Virus record (IMG/VR): IMGVR_UViG_3300033143_004212
Coordinates: 1-64,000 of that record
Length of the DNA stretch: 64,000 nt
Source of the DNA: a virus
Strand: one strand, 5' to 3'
Position numbers and translations under genes: made by a program. This document shows positions 9,223 to 17,516 of this stretch, piece by piece. Position 1 is the first letter of the stretch, and each line of letters opens with the position of its first letter. A model generated the notes under the pieces. The model searched no databases. It was not told the origin of the DNA and was given only the letters and a program-made list of their open reading frames with translations.

Positions 9223-9362
9223 GGATTTTTTTCTTTATGGAATCGTACACCGCATTATCCGGTGTATTTCCTGGTCGCGGTCGGCGTACTACACCGAATT
9301 CGGTGTATTTGCGGTGTAAAGTCGGTGTACTTGTAGGTAAAAAAAAGGAAGGATTTTCCTTT

Positions 9363-10133
9363 TTAGTCAATCCTTTCTATAATCATTTCTACATGCGTAT
9401 CTTCTTTTAAATCAATTCCAAAATCTTCCTCAATAGTATTTTTTATGAATTTAGGAAGATAAAGATTTAAATAAGTAATTTTGTAATTATCTGGTATTTT
9501 TGCAATTAATTCCTGTACTGTAATTGGTAAATAATTTTCTTTTACTTCTCTTTCCCAATTATTAATATATCTGTATTTTAATAAGTAATGAAGAAGATTT
9601 TTATTTGAAGTAATACTTCCCCAATTTTTCTCAAAATCTACAAGATTATCATTTTCTGCCATTTTTACTCTTCTTACAAGTTCTGGATTACTTAGTTTTT
9701 CTTGGGAGCTAACTATCATCATATCACGAATGACGATATATTTTGTATTAATTTTTTCAAATACTTCTTCCCAAAAATTAGAAGGATTGGAATAAGAATA
9801 AATTTCATGTATAATTGATGATAAGACTAAAACACTATTTTCTGTTTTTTCTTTTATGAATGAATCTAAATTATCAGTAAATATAATATCTTGATTATCT
9901 TTTTTTGCTTTTTCTAACATTTCTTGACAAATATCATACCCTATATATTTATAGTTTGGATATGAGAAATACATAGACTGTATAAATTTCAATAAAGTAC
10001 CATCTGCACAGCCATAGTCAAGAAAACTATCTGCATTTATTTTCCCTAAAAAGAACGCTTTTTCATATAATGATTTTTTCATAGCTTCAGTATATTCGTT
10101 TATATCTTTTATTTTATTATCTGTAATTTTCAT
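9363..10133 (-). CDS. Class I SAM-dependent methyltransferase
   Basis: LDYGCADG motif I, IGYDI motif II, LSSIIHE. Confidence 0.8.
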   Translation of the reverse strand: MKITDNKIKDINEYTEAMKKSLYEKAFFLGKINADSFLDYGCADGTLLKFIQSMYFSYPNYKYIGYDICQEMLEKAKKDNQDIIFTDNLDSFIKEKTENSVLVLSSIIHEIYSYSNPSNFWEEVFEKINTKYIVIRDMMIVSSQEKLSNPELVRRVKMAENDNLVDFEKNWGSITSNKNLLHYLLKYRYINNWEREVKENYLPITVQELIAKIPDNYKITYLNLYLPKFIKNTIEEDFGIDLKEDTHVEMIIERID

Positions 10134-10153
10134 AATATATCCTTTCATTGTAA

Positions 10154-10297
10154 TTATTTTACTTCTTCATAATCTTCTCCTGATACCCATTGCATATCTT
10201 TATTAGGAATACGTACTAAATACATTAAATAGAAACCATCAGCGTCAATGTAAATAACTGTAAATTCTTCTTTAGTCTTTTTATTTCTTACTTTCAT
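10154..10297 (-). CDS. Hypothetical protein (47 aa); below ORF-track cut-off
   Basis: AGGAG RBS just downstream of box promoter; MKVRNKKTKEEF...QWVSGEDYEEVK. Confidence 0.7.
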   Translation of the reverse strand: MKVRNKKTKEEFTVIYIDADGFYLMYLVRIPNKDMQWVSGEDYEEVK

Positions 10298-10480
10298 AGT
10301 ATATTCTCCTATCTATAATTAATTATATCATACTATAAAGAAAAATACAATCTTCCGGTGTATAAGACTTCCGGTGTATACTCGGTGTATAAAATATACG
10401 GTGTACTACACCGAATTCGGTGTATGTCCGGTGTAGAATCGGTGTATTGACAGTATAAAAAAATAGGGAATAAATCCCTA

Positions 10481-10945
10481 TTAAGCAACTTCTAGTAATT
10501 CTCTTAGAGTTTCTAAAATATGTTTTTCGTCTTTAGCAACTCCACCATAATTTTCCCATTTTTGTCTAATTTCTTCATTATCATCAAATAATAAACAATC
10601 TTGTAAATTTTTAGTAACATGTTGTTTTGGTGCTCCATACTGAACGCAATGAATTTCTTTTACCATTGGAAAATATTTACTTAACCAAGTTTTTTTATCT
10701 GCTCTGCATTGTGCTTTATATTCATCACTGGCAAACATTGGTAACCATGTAATAACCATAATTTCATATCCTTTAGCTTCCAATTGTTCACATAAACTGT
10801 TTAATTCTACCATATCTACCATTGGTTCAAGTTCATTGAAAATTGATTCAGCACTTCTTAATCTTTCTAGCCACCCATTAAAACCATATAAATTAGCAAC
10901 ATTTCCGTCCATATCAAATGCGATTCTTTTAATTTCTTTAGTCAT
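10481..10945 (-). CDS. HAD-superfamily hydrolase (5'(3')-deoxyribonucleotidase-like)
   Basis: FDMDG motif I, IT motif II, K, LFDDN motif IV. Confidence 0.8.
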   Translation of the reverse strand: MTKEIKRIAFDMDGNVANLYGFNGWLERLRSAESIFNELEPMVDMVELNSLCEQLEAKGYEIMVITWLPMFASDEYKAQCRADKKTWLSKYFPMVKEIHCVQYGAPKQHVTKNLQDCLLFDDNEEIRQKWENYGGVAKDEKHILETLRELLEVA

Positions 10946-10958
10946 TTTTTCCATCTCC

Positions 10959-11186
10959 TTACCATATAATTTGTATTGCATATCTATTATCACTTAATCT
11001 TATAATTGATTCAATCCATCTAATTAATTGTTTATATGTTAAATTTCTATAATGACAATTTTTTTTAGTCCTTCCGTTCCAATAGTAAATAGCATGATTA
11101 TTTTTTGCTCTATTCTCAAAACTAAAACATTTTGCCACTTCTAGCCAATCGTCTTTTCTAGTATAATCTACTCCAAATCTACGCAT
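10959..11186 (-). CDS. Hypothetical protein (75 aa)
   Basis: AAGGGAG RBS, box promoter. Confidence 0.7.
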   Translation of the reverse strand: MRRFGVDYTRKDDWLEVAKCFSFENRAKNNHAIYYWNGRTKKNCHYRNLTYKQLIRWIESIIRLSDNRYAIQIIW

Positions 11187-11377
11187 TGTTTATCGCTCCC
11201 TTTCTATATATATAGTATACCATATTAGATGTAAGTATTCAAGTATCCGGTGTATTATTTATTAAGTCCGGTGTATCTCCGGTGTACAGCTTATCATCGG
11301 CGTACTACACCGAATTCGGTGTATTTGCGGTGTACTTCCGGTGTATTAACAAACAAAAAAAAATAGGAAATTATTTC

Positions 11378-11860
11378 CTATTTTTCATCTGCTAATACTT
11401 TTGCCATTTTATAGGCATTTAAAGTTGCTCTTCTTTCTAATTTGCTAACAGTATAAAGATAGTTAATTAAATCTTCATGAATACAATGGTTTGTTAAAAA
11501 TCTCGAAATTTCTACTTTTTGTTCTGCGTTATATTCAAACTCTTCTGGATTATCTATATAATCTAACCAATGACCTAATTCATGTAATAATACAAATTCT
11601 GCAAAACATAAATCTTTATTAAATTTTTGGTATTCTTTATACCAAGGCATATATATATAATCATATGGAGGATTTAATATCTCATTTAATTCACTTAAGC
11701 TCATATATATTCTTTTAAGTTTAACATCTATGCAACAACGGCAACTTCTCTGAATTGTGAGGTCTCCGAAAATTTTAGGGTAAACATCTTGCATTTTATG
11801 AAATAAATCTATTGCTTTTCTTACGTCTCCTTTTTTTACCAATTCATCAGAATTTCTCAT
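11378..11860 (-). CDS. HEXXH metallopeptidase-like protein; paralog of 7979-8470
   Basis: AEFVLLHELGHWLDY identical to the paralog. Confidence 0.75.
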   Translation of the reverse strand: MRNSDELVKKGDVRKAIDLFHKMQDVYPKIFGDLTIQRSCRCCIDVKLKRIYMSLSELNEILNPPYDYIYMPWYKEYQKFNKDLCFAEFVLLHELGHWLDYIDNPEEFEYNAEQKVEISRFLTNHCIHEDLINYLYTVSKLERRATLNAYKMAKVLADEK

Positions 11861-12003
11861 TTTATTCTCCCTTTCTTGTTTTATCCTATAACTAATTATA
11901 CCATACATATTGGATTATTGCAATATTCCGGTGTATTTATTACAAGTACACCGTAAGTTCCGGTGTATTCTTAGTTTAAAAAAATAGGGAATGATTCCCT
12001 ATT

Positions 12004-12276
12004 TTAATCTTGTATTTCAGTTAAGTATCCTTGTTCTTTATATATTTTAAATAATGTTTCATTACTAAGAAATACCATTAAAAGAAAACCAATTAAATTT
12101 AATACAGGGAAAAGAAAAACTATCATAGATTTTATTTCTGCAAAAAGTTTTTGGGAAATACTTGCATTAGTATAAAATTCATATCCTATTTTCTTAATCT
12201 GTGTATTAAAATCTGCTAATCTAAAGAATGTGTATAATCTGAAACAAACACATATAATTACATATACTCTTAACAT
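12004..12276 (-). CDS. Membrane protein (2 TM)
   Basis: Hydrophobic segments, FPVLNL; GGAGG RBS. Confidence 0.7.
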   Translation of the reverse strand: MLRVYVIICVCFRLYTFFRLADFNTQIKKIGYEFYTNASISQKLFAEIKSMIVFLFPVLNLIGFLLMVFLSNETLFKIYKEQGYLTEIQD

Positions 12277-12482
12277 GATATATTACCTCCAAATATTTTA
12301 TTGTATTTTTCTTTTGTAATAAAAAGAATATTCTCATTTTCATAATCTTGATTGTCAAGAATTTCCAATACTTCTTCTTCTGTAACAACTAACCAACTAT
12401 ACATAACTATCATATCTACATATCTAACAGAAATCATTGTAACCAACATTTGCCTATATTCCATTACTCTTAAAGTTGACAT
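12270..12482 (-). CDS. Hypothetical protein
   Basis: AGGAGG RBS. Confidence 0.65.
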   Translation of the reverse strand: MSTLRVMEYRQMLVTMISVRYVDMIVMYSWLVVTEEEVLEILDNQDYENENILFITKEKYNKIFGGNISC

Positions 12483-12492
12483 AATTTACCTC

Positions 12493-12816
12493 CTACTTAA
12501 ACAAATTAGTATGTTTTACCAATACTATCGAATTGTAATATAATTTTTGGTCACAAGCTGAATATCTAAGAATTAAAGATATTGGAGCATGTTCAAAATT
12601 ATAAGGTAATAAATAAAATTTACAACTGTTTTGAGAAAAACAAACTAAAAATTTATGCCAACTATATTTATCATTCTCTTCAAATTTTACAATATCTCCC
12701 ACAAAAATTGGTTCTCTAGTTTGCTCACATTGTAAGCCAAAAAATACATCTTCCATAATTTTACTATGTTGTATAACTTTCTTAGTCAATTCAAATTCAA
12801 AATTTTCTGTTCTCAT
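12493..12816 (-). CDS. YopX-like protein
   Basis: GL...REPIFVGDIVK resembles the YopX EIYEGDIV motif. Confidence 0.55.
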   Translation of the reverse strand: MRTENFEFELTKKVIQHSKIMEDVFFGLQCEQTREPIFVGDIVKFEENDKYSWHKFLVCFSQNSCKFYLLPYNFEHAPISLILRYSACDQKLYYNSIVLVKHTNLFK

Positions 12817-12950
12817 TTCACACCCTTCCTTTCTATATAATAATTATACCATGATATAGAGGTAAATACAAGTGTCCGGTGTATTCGTCTTTAAATAATA
12901 CTAATACACCGCACGATTGAATAATACTTATATATATGTTATAATTAATT

Positions 12951-13048
12951 ATAGATAAGAGATAGATAACAACAGATAAAATCTGTGAAACACATAAATA
13001 TACCCTTTCTTAGTGGAGGTGGACTGTCGGTGGTCTGCCTTTACTTTC
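12951..13048 (+). ncRNA. Candidate ~100-nt small RNA from a box promoter
   Basis: Complete box promoter at 12905-12945, no ORF downstream, G-U-rich 14-bp hairpin at ~13012-13045. Confidence 0.5.
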
Positions 13049-13154
13049 GTATATATTATACACCGCTTTTTCCGGTGTACTACACCGAATTCGGTGTATT
13101 CCCGGTGTAAGGTCGGTGTACTTATGCTTAAAAAAAACTACCAATAAATGGTAG

Positions 13155-13583
13155 TTAAAATTGTTCTGGTAAATCATCCCAAGCTTTATTAGCTTGTTTT
13201 TCTCTTTCTTTATCTTTTGTTTCCAATAATATCCATTCTGTTCTTCTTCTTGCATGTTTTTCTAAAGCTGTAAATTTTTCTTTTTCTGTTAAATTATTAA
13301 ATCTATTCATATATTCTTCTTGACGACATCCAAATCCTAGGTCTCCTGTAAGTATTGAGTAACATGATGCAGTATAAATTGTTTCTTTATATGCTTCATT
13401 ATATATAAATTTTATATTCATATCAATCAAATATCTACATTTTCCTTTTTTATATGATATTAATCTAATATTTGCTTTTTCAATCCATTTTTTTTCAGAT
13501 ATTTTTATATAAATACAAAAACTAAATGCAGATATAATAATCATTGCAATAAATATATATCCTACTAATTCATTAAAAGCCAT
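13155..13583 (-). CDS. Membrane-anchored hypothetical protein
   Basis: N-terminal TM helix; RBS. Confidence 0.7.
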   Translation of the reverse strand: MAFNELVGYIFIAMIIISAFSFCIYIKISEKKWIEKANIRLISYKKGKCRYLIDMNIKFIYNEAYKETIYTASCYSILTGDLGFGCRQEEYMNRFNNLTEKEKFTALEKHARRRTEWILLETKDKEREKQANKAWDDLPEQF

Positions 13584-13598
13584 TTTGTACCTTCCTTT

Positions 13599-13781
13599 CT
13601 AGTATTTTACGTCCCATCTTAATTTTTCATAATTATAATTAAAAGCGGTGTAACATTTTTTACCATCTATAATCTTTGTAAATGTTTTAGTTTCATCAGT
13701 TGAGATATTTTCTTGATATTCCCATCCTTGACATTTCATTACTTCTAAAAATCTTCTACAAGCATGTTTTACTTTAGCCAT
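13599..13781 (-). CDS. Hypothetical protein (60 aa)
   Basis: AAGGAG RBS, box promoter. Confidence 0.7.
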   Translation of the reverse strand: MAKVKHACRRFLEVMKCQGWEYQENISTDETKTFTKIIDGKKCYTAFNYNYEKLRWDVKY

Positions 13782-13921
13782 AATATCTCCTTTCTATAGT
13801 TATATTATATCATATCACCAATAGAAAAGCAATGCTTCGGTGTATTAATTAGGCTTCGACCGCATTTTCCGGTGTATTCAATCTTTGCTTTTGGCATAAA
13901 AAAATAGGGAATAAATCCCTA

Positions 13922-14565
13922 TTATATAGCTATACATTGTCCTTTATAAAATTTACATCTTCCCGTATCACAAATTTTATATCCATTTTTACTTTTTATT
14001 ATATTATATAAGTTTAAATCTCTTGTTTCATATCCTGCACTATTAAATTCTTTTTTTATTTTCTTTATTTTCGATTCTATTCTATTTTCTTCTTTTATAG
14101 TATTAATTCTTTTTGCAATGCCTTTTTCTTGAATCATAATTATTTGATTTTTATATACAAATATATCTTCAACTTCAAGTAATTTTTTACCAAGCTTAGT
14201 ATCTTTTAACGTTTCATAATTTAGTGTTTCAATTACACTTTGGGGTCATCACAATCTTCTATAAAAAATTTAATTGATGATATAGAAGGTTTTAATTGTA
14301 AAATTTTAATAAAAGATAAATATTTTTTATTATTTATTGAATCGTTTTTAAACTCTTTTTCCAATTCTTGAGAAAGCTCACATATTTCTTCATCCATATA
14401 TCTATATTCACTTACCTCTTGTTCTTTCATAGATTCAATTTTAATAACATAATCTTCATTAAAAAAATAAACTTTTCTTCTTATCCCTTGACCTAAAAAA
14501 TCACATTCTTGTAAGTTGTCTATTTTTTCTTTAGCTTGCTCTCTCAATTTTAAATCTCTTTTCAC
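13922..14565 (-). pseudogene. Protein kinase-like gene split by a 1-nt frameshift near 14240
   Basis: N-part has FLGQGIRRKVY...YVIKIE; other frame continues QSVIETLNY...MIQEK...RDLNLYNI...ICDTG. Confidence 0.7.
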
Positions 14566-14809
14566 GTTTGTCACTCCCCTTCTATATATATAGTATAACA
14601 TATTATAGTAATTATTTCAAGCTTGCGGTGTATCCTGGTCGTAGCCGAGATACTGATAGTGGAGGGTCGGTGTATTAATATGGAAGTTACGGCGTATTTT
14701 CGGTGTACGGGTCGGTGTATTTCCTGCTCGCCCTCGGCGTACCGGTCGGTGTATGTACTTGTCGGTGTACCAGTCGGTGTATTGGGCATAAAAAAAATAG
14801 GGATTATCC

Positions 14810-15118
14810 CTATTGTAATCTACTAGTAACATCATATTGTGAAAAGTCGTTTCCACTAAAACAATATTCTCTGCTGAAATGTTGATAACTTACAAAAAAT
14901 CCATCAATTTGATATTGTCTAAAACCTACATATAATAATTCTCTATTAACCATTGCTTTAAAATGTGATACCAAATTAAAGGTACGTAAAACGTCATTTG
15001 TTGAACTATAAATTGTATACGCTACTTCTACTCTATTTTGTAATAGTAATTTTGAGATTATCACGCTTTTTCTAGTCATAAGCGTTTCTATTAAAGATTG
15101 TTGAACTTGATTTAACAT
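14810..15118 (-). CDS. Hypothetical protein (102 aa) with hairpin 5' leader
   Basis: AAGGGG RBS; stop fused to terminator. Confidence 0.7.
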   Translation of the reverse strand: MLNQVQQSLIETLMTRKSVIISKLLLQNRVEVAYTIYSSTNDVLRTFNLVSHFKAMVNRELLYVGFRQYQIDGFFVSYQHFSREYCFSGNDFSQYDVTSRLQ

Positions 15119-15606
15119 TTGATATCCCCTTTCAGTTGTAAGTATCTTCCATCGGTGTCCATAGATAGAAATAGGTCAAGCCAGAGACTAGTCGTTTAAC
15201 TTAACTCATTTCCTATCTATAACTAATTATAACATATTTCTCGCTTATTTGCTAGTTTGCGGTGTATTAAAGTTTTCCGGTGTATTCCCGGTGTATGTCC
15301 GGTGTATAAAATAGTTCCGGTGTATTTGCGGTGTATTTTCCTGGTCGTCCTCGGCATACGGAATATGGCCAACACTTTCCGGTGTATCTAAAGTCCGGTG
15401 TAAGGTCGGTGTACTACGCCGAAATCGGTGTAATGATTTTTCCAGGTCGTCCTCGGCGTACCGACTTTGGGTGGTACTTTCCGGTGTATAATTGGAAAAT
15501 AATGGAAGGAGTCGGTGTATAGGTCGGCGTATTCAGAAGGATCTTCCATTTATGGTAAATATTGGAAATTTCGATCCAAATAAAAAAAGGGAATAAATCC
15601 CTTTTC

Positions 15607-15891
15607 TTACAATAACTGGTAAGCCATATCTTCTGCCAAAAATTGGAAAACTGTATCAACTGGGAAATTATTCCAATCTTCGATTTTAGAAATGGGAATA
15701 TCATCCATTACTACCGCAACTTGGAATTTTACAATCCTACTAGTAGAATCTTCTATATCATCCATAATTTGGTGGAATACATTCGCACATTCTTTTCCAG
15801 GATTTCCCAAGTAATTTATAATATAAATTTTGGTTTCATTTACTTTTCCTGTAAATTGGATTTTAAATACTTTTTTTGCTCTGCTATACAT
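15607..15891 (-). CDS. Hypothetical protein
   Basis: AAGGAAGG RBS; terminator. Confidence 0.7.
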   Translation of the reverse strand: MYSRAKKVFKIQFTGKVNETKIYIINYLGNPGKECANVFHQIMDDIEDSTSRIVKFQVAVVMDDIPISKIEDWNNFPVDTVFQFLAEDMAYQLL

Positions 15892-15957
15892 AAAATACCT
15901 TCCTTTCAAATTTTTGGTAATTGTCGATGATTAGAGTAAAAGGGAATAAATCCCTTT

Positions 15958-16278
15958 TTACCATTTTAATACCTCTTCTGACTTAATTCGGAATTTATCT
16001 TCTAATTCAAAGGTAAATTTTAGGTCATATTCCAAATCTTGTAATAATCTATTAAATTTTAACTTAATCCATTGTTTTTCGGGTATTTCCCAAGTTTCTC
16101 TATAATTGGAAGTATATGTCATTTTACATTCGATCTCTATTTTTTCCTTTTCTGTTAAATTCTGTAATTCCTTTAATATGATATTTGTGGCTTCTTCTGT
16201 CTTAAATTCCTCATATAAGGGAATATAGTAAAATTTAGTCGGTTTTCCTTTTACTGTAACTGAATAACACTTTTTCAT
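15958..16278 (-). CDS. Hypothetical protein (106 aa)
   Basis: RBS; terminator. Confidence 0.7.
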   Translation of the reverse strand: MKKCYSVTVKGKPTKFYYIPLYEEFKTEEATNIILKELQNLTEKEKIEIECKMTYTSNYRETWEIPEKQWIKLKFNRLLQDLEYDLKFTFELEDKFRIKSEEVLKW

Positions 16279-16344
16279 GATTTTCCACCCTTTCCATATA
16301 TTGGTAACATATTAACTTCTTATGTAAGATTAGGGAATAATTCC

Positions 16345-16533
16345 CTAATCATTATCTAATTCTAAATTTTGGTAAGTTTCTCTAGCTTTCCTTAATAAGT
16401 CTTTTTCTGACAATTTTGGTAATTTTAACTCTTCATACGCTTCTACCAAACTTAGTAATTCATGGTTCTTTTGACTATTATTATCGATTCTGTTAAATAA
16501 TTCCTTTTCCCAACTTCTTACTGTATTTGTCAT
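16345..16533 (-). CDS. Hypothetical protein
   Basis: AGAGGGA RBS before MTNTVRSW. Confidence 0.65.
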   Translation of the reverse strand: MTNTVRSWEKELFNRIDNNSQKNHELLSLVEAYEELKLPKLSEKDLLRKARETYQNLELDND

Positions 16534-16626
16534 GATATTCCCTCTCTTCCTTATACTGGACATATGCCAGTTATTGTTAGTATATCCGGTTATTAGATGT
16601 ACTCCCACTAGGTGGGAGACTTGGAA

Positions 16627-17199
16627 TTAAATTCCAAGTACTCGTCTTACAATTGTTTTCCTTAATCGCATTTTATTTCCTACCTTTACAGTTTTTGCCT
16701 GTTCCATTAATATTGCTTTAAATTGCTTACGATCCATTTTATAACTATTAACCCAATTAATGTCAGTAATGAGATTTTCTAGCGAGATTACAAATATATC
16801 ACAATTCTGGTAATGCTTTAGGATTCTATTTACAAATTTGACATTACTTTCCTCTTCTATTCTTTTTATCTCAGAAATGGAAGGACTTGAGTTTTGTCCC
16901 AGATATTTGAATTGACATCTTTTACCATCATATACAAAGTCATACTGGCTAATTTTGTCAAAATTGGGATGTAATCCCAGTTGCATTTGTAGGTATAATT
17001 CTGCAAGTTTTCCACGATTTACCTGTTTTTTAAATCCATTACTCTCTTCAATTCCTAGATATGGAATTAATTGGTTAAAAACCCTCTGATTATTCTTTTG
17101 AAACATTTCTCTCCAGTTATTACTTTCTTTGGTACTAATGGCAATTTTTGGATTCTTTACTGTTTCTCTCTTTTCTGGTATATTATGTCTATTTGTCAT
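16627..17199 (-). CDS. Basic protein with possible PD-(D/E)XK nuclease-like core
   Basis: GKLAE...YDF...QFK pattern; promoter TTGTAT-17-TATAAT at 17308-17280. Confidence 0.6.
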   Translation of the reverse strand: MTNRHNIPEKRETVKNPKIAISTKESNNWREMFQKNNQRVFNQLIPYLGIEESNGFKKQVNRGKLAELYLQMQLGLHPNFDKISQYDFVYDGKRCQFKYLGQNSSPSISEIKRIEEESNVKFVNRILKHYQNCDIFVISLENLITDINWVNSYKMDRKQFKAILMEQAKTVKVGNKMRLRKTIVRRVLGI

Positions 17200-17384
17200 G
17201 ATTTTCCAACTCCCTTTCTGTTAATTATTTCCAATTCGTCCGGTGTAGAAACTGGGCATATCTCCCACTTCCTACCTTAATTATACCATACATTTTCCGG
17301 TAATACAAGACCAAATATGTAAAAAAATAGGCGATTCAAAAAGTATTTTCATATTTACCAGATCTTCCAGTACCTACCAGTTAA

Positions 17385-17516
17385 TTGTGTGTATTGTTTG
17401 GCGCAATAAGATAGTTGAATGGGGATAGGGGATGGCTTGCAATTGTGTATGTTGTTTGACACAACTTATACAAATGACGGGGGTAGAATACGACTTGCAG
17501 TTGTGTGTATTGTTTG
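17385..17516 (+). repeat. Degenerate 58-bp tandem repeat with core TTGTGTRTRTTGTTTG x3
   Basis: Cores at 17385, 17443, 17501. Confidence 0.8.

Larger units (their letters stand above)
5773..15266. promoter_or_regulatory. 13 sigma-A-type promoters of architecture TACACCG-5bp-(-35 degenerate)-17bp-TATAAT/TATACT
   Basis: Box starts at 5807, 6546, 7488, 8541, 10356, 11248, 11929, 12877, 13838, 14626, 15260 (minus) and 8637, 12905 (plus); both spacings checked for each. Confidence 0.9.
6213..16348. terminator. Recurrent intrinsic terminator stem TAGGGA(N3-5)TCCCTA, usually followed by a T-run, ~11-12 near-identical copies
   Basis: e.g. ~6213, 7615, 8997 (+), 10457, 11357, 11980, 13898, 14790, 15582, 15938, 16331; usually begins at or next to the stop codon. 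Confidence 0.85.
4109..17247. repeat. Intergenic clusters of CGGTGTA/TACACCG heptamers (~14 clusters), often with palindromes TACACCGAATTCGGTGTA and CGGTGTACTACACCG
   Basis: Clusters near 4960-5145, 5807-5930, 6546-6650, 7488-7605, 8541-8643, 9246-9330, 10356-10447, 11248-11346, 11929-11968, 12877-13120, 13838-13876, 14626-14782, 15260-15530. Confidence 0.95.

Noticed and set aside
4960-15530. CGGTGTA clusters as CRISPR arrays
   Set aside because: Unit is only 7 bp, spacing is irregular, orientation is mixed and there are no cas genes in the window
17385-17516. Mini-CRISPR array (3 repeats, 58-bp period)
   Set aside because: The two spacers resemble each other, so it is a degenerate tandem repeat
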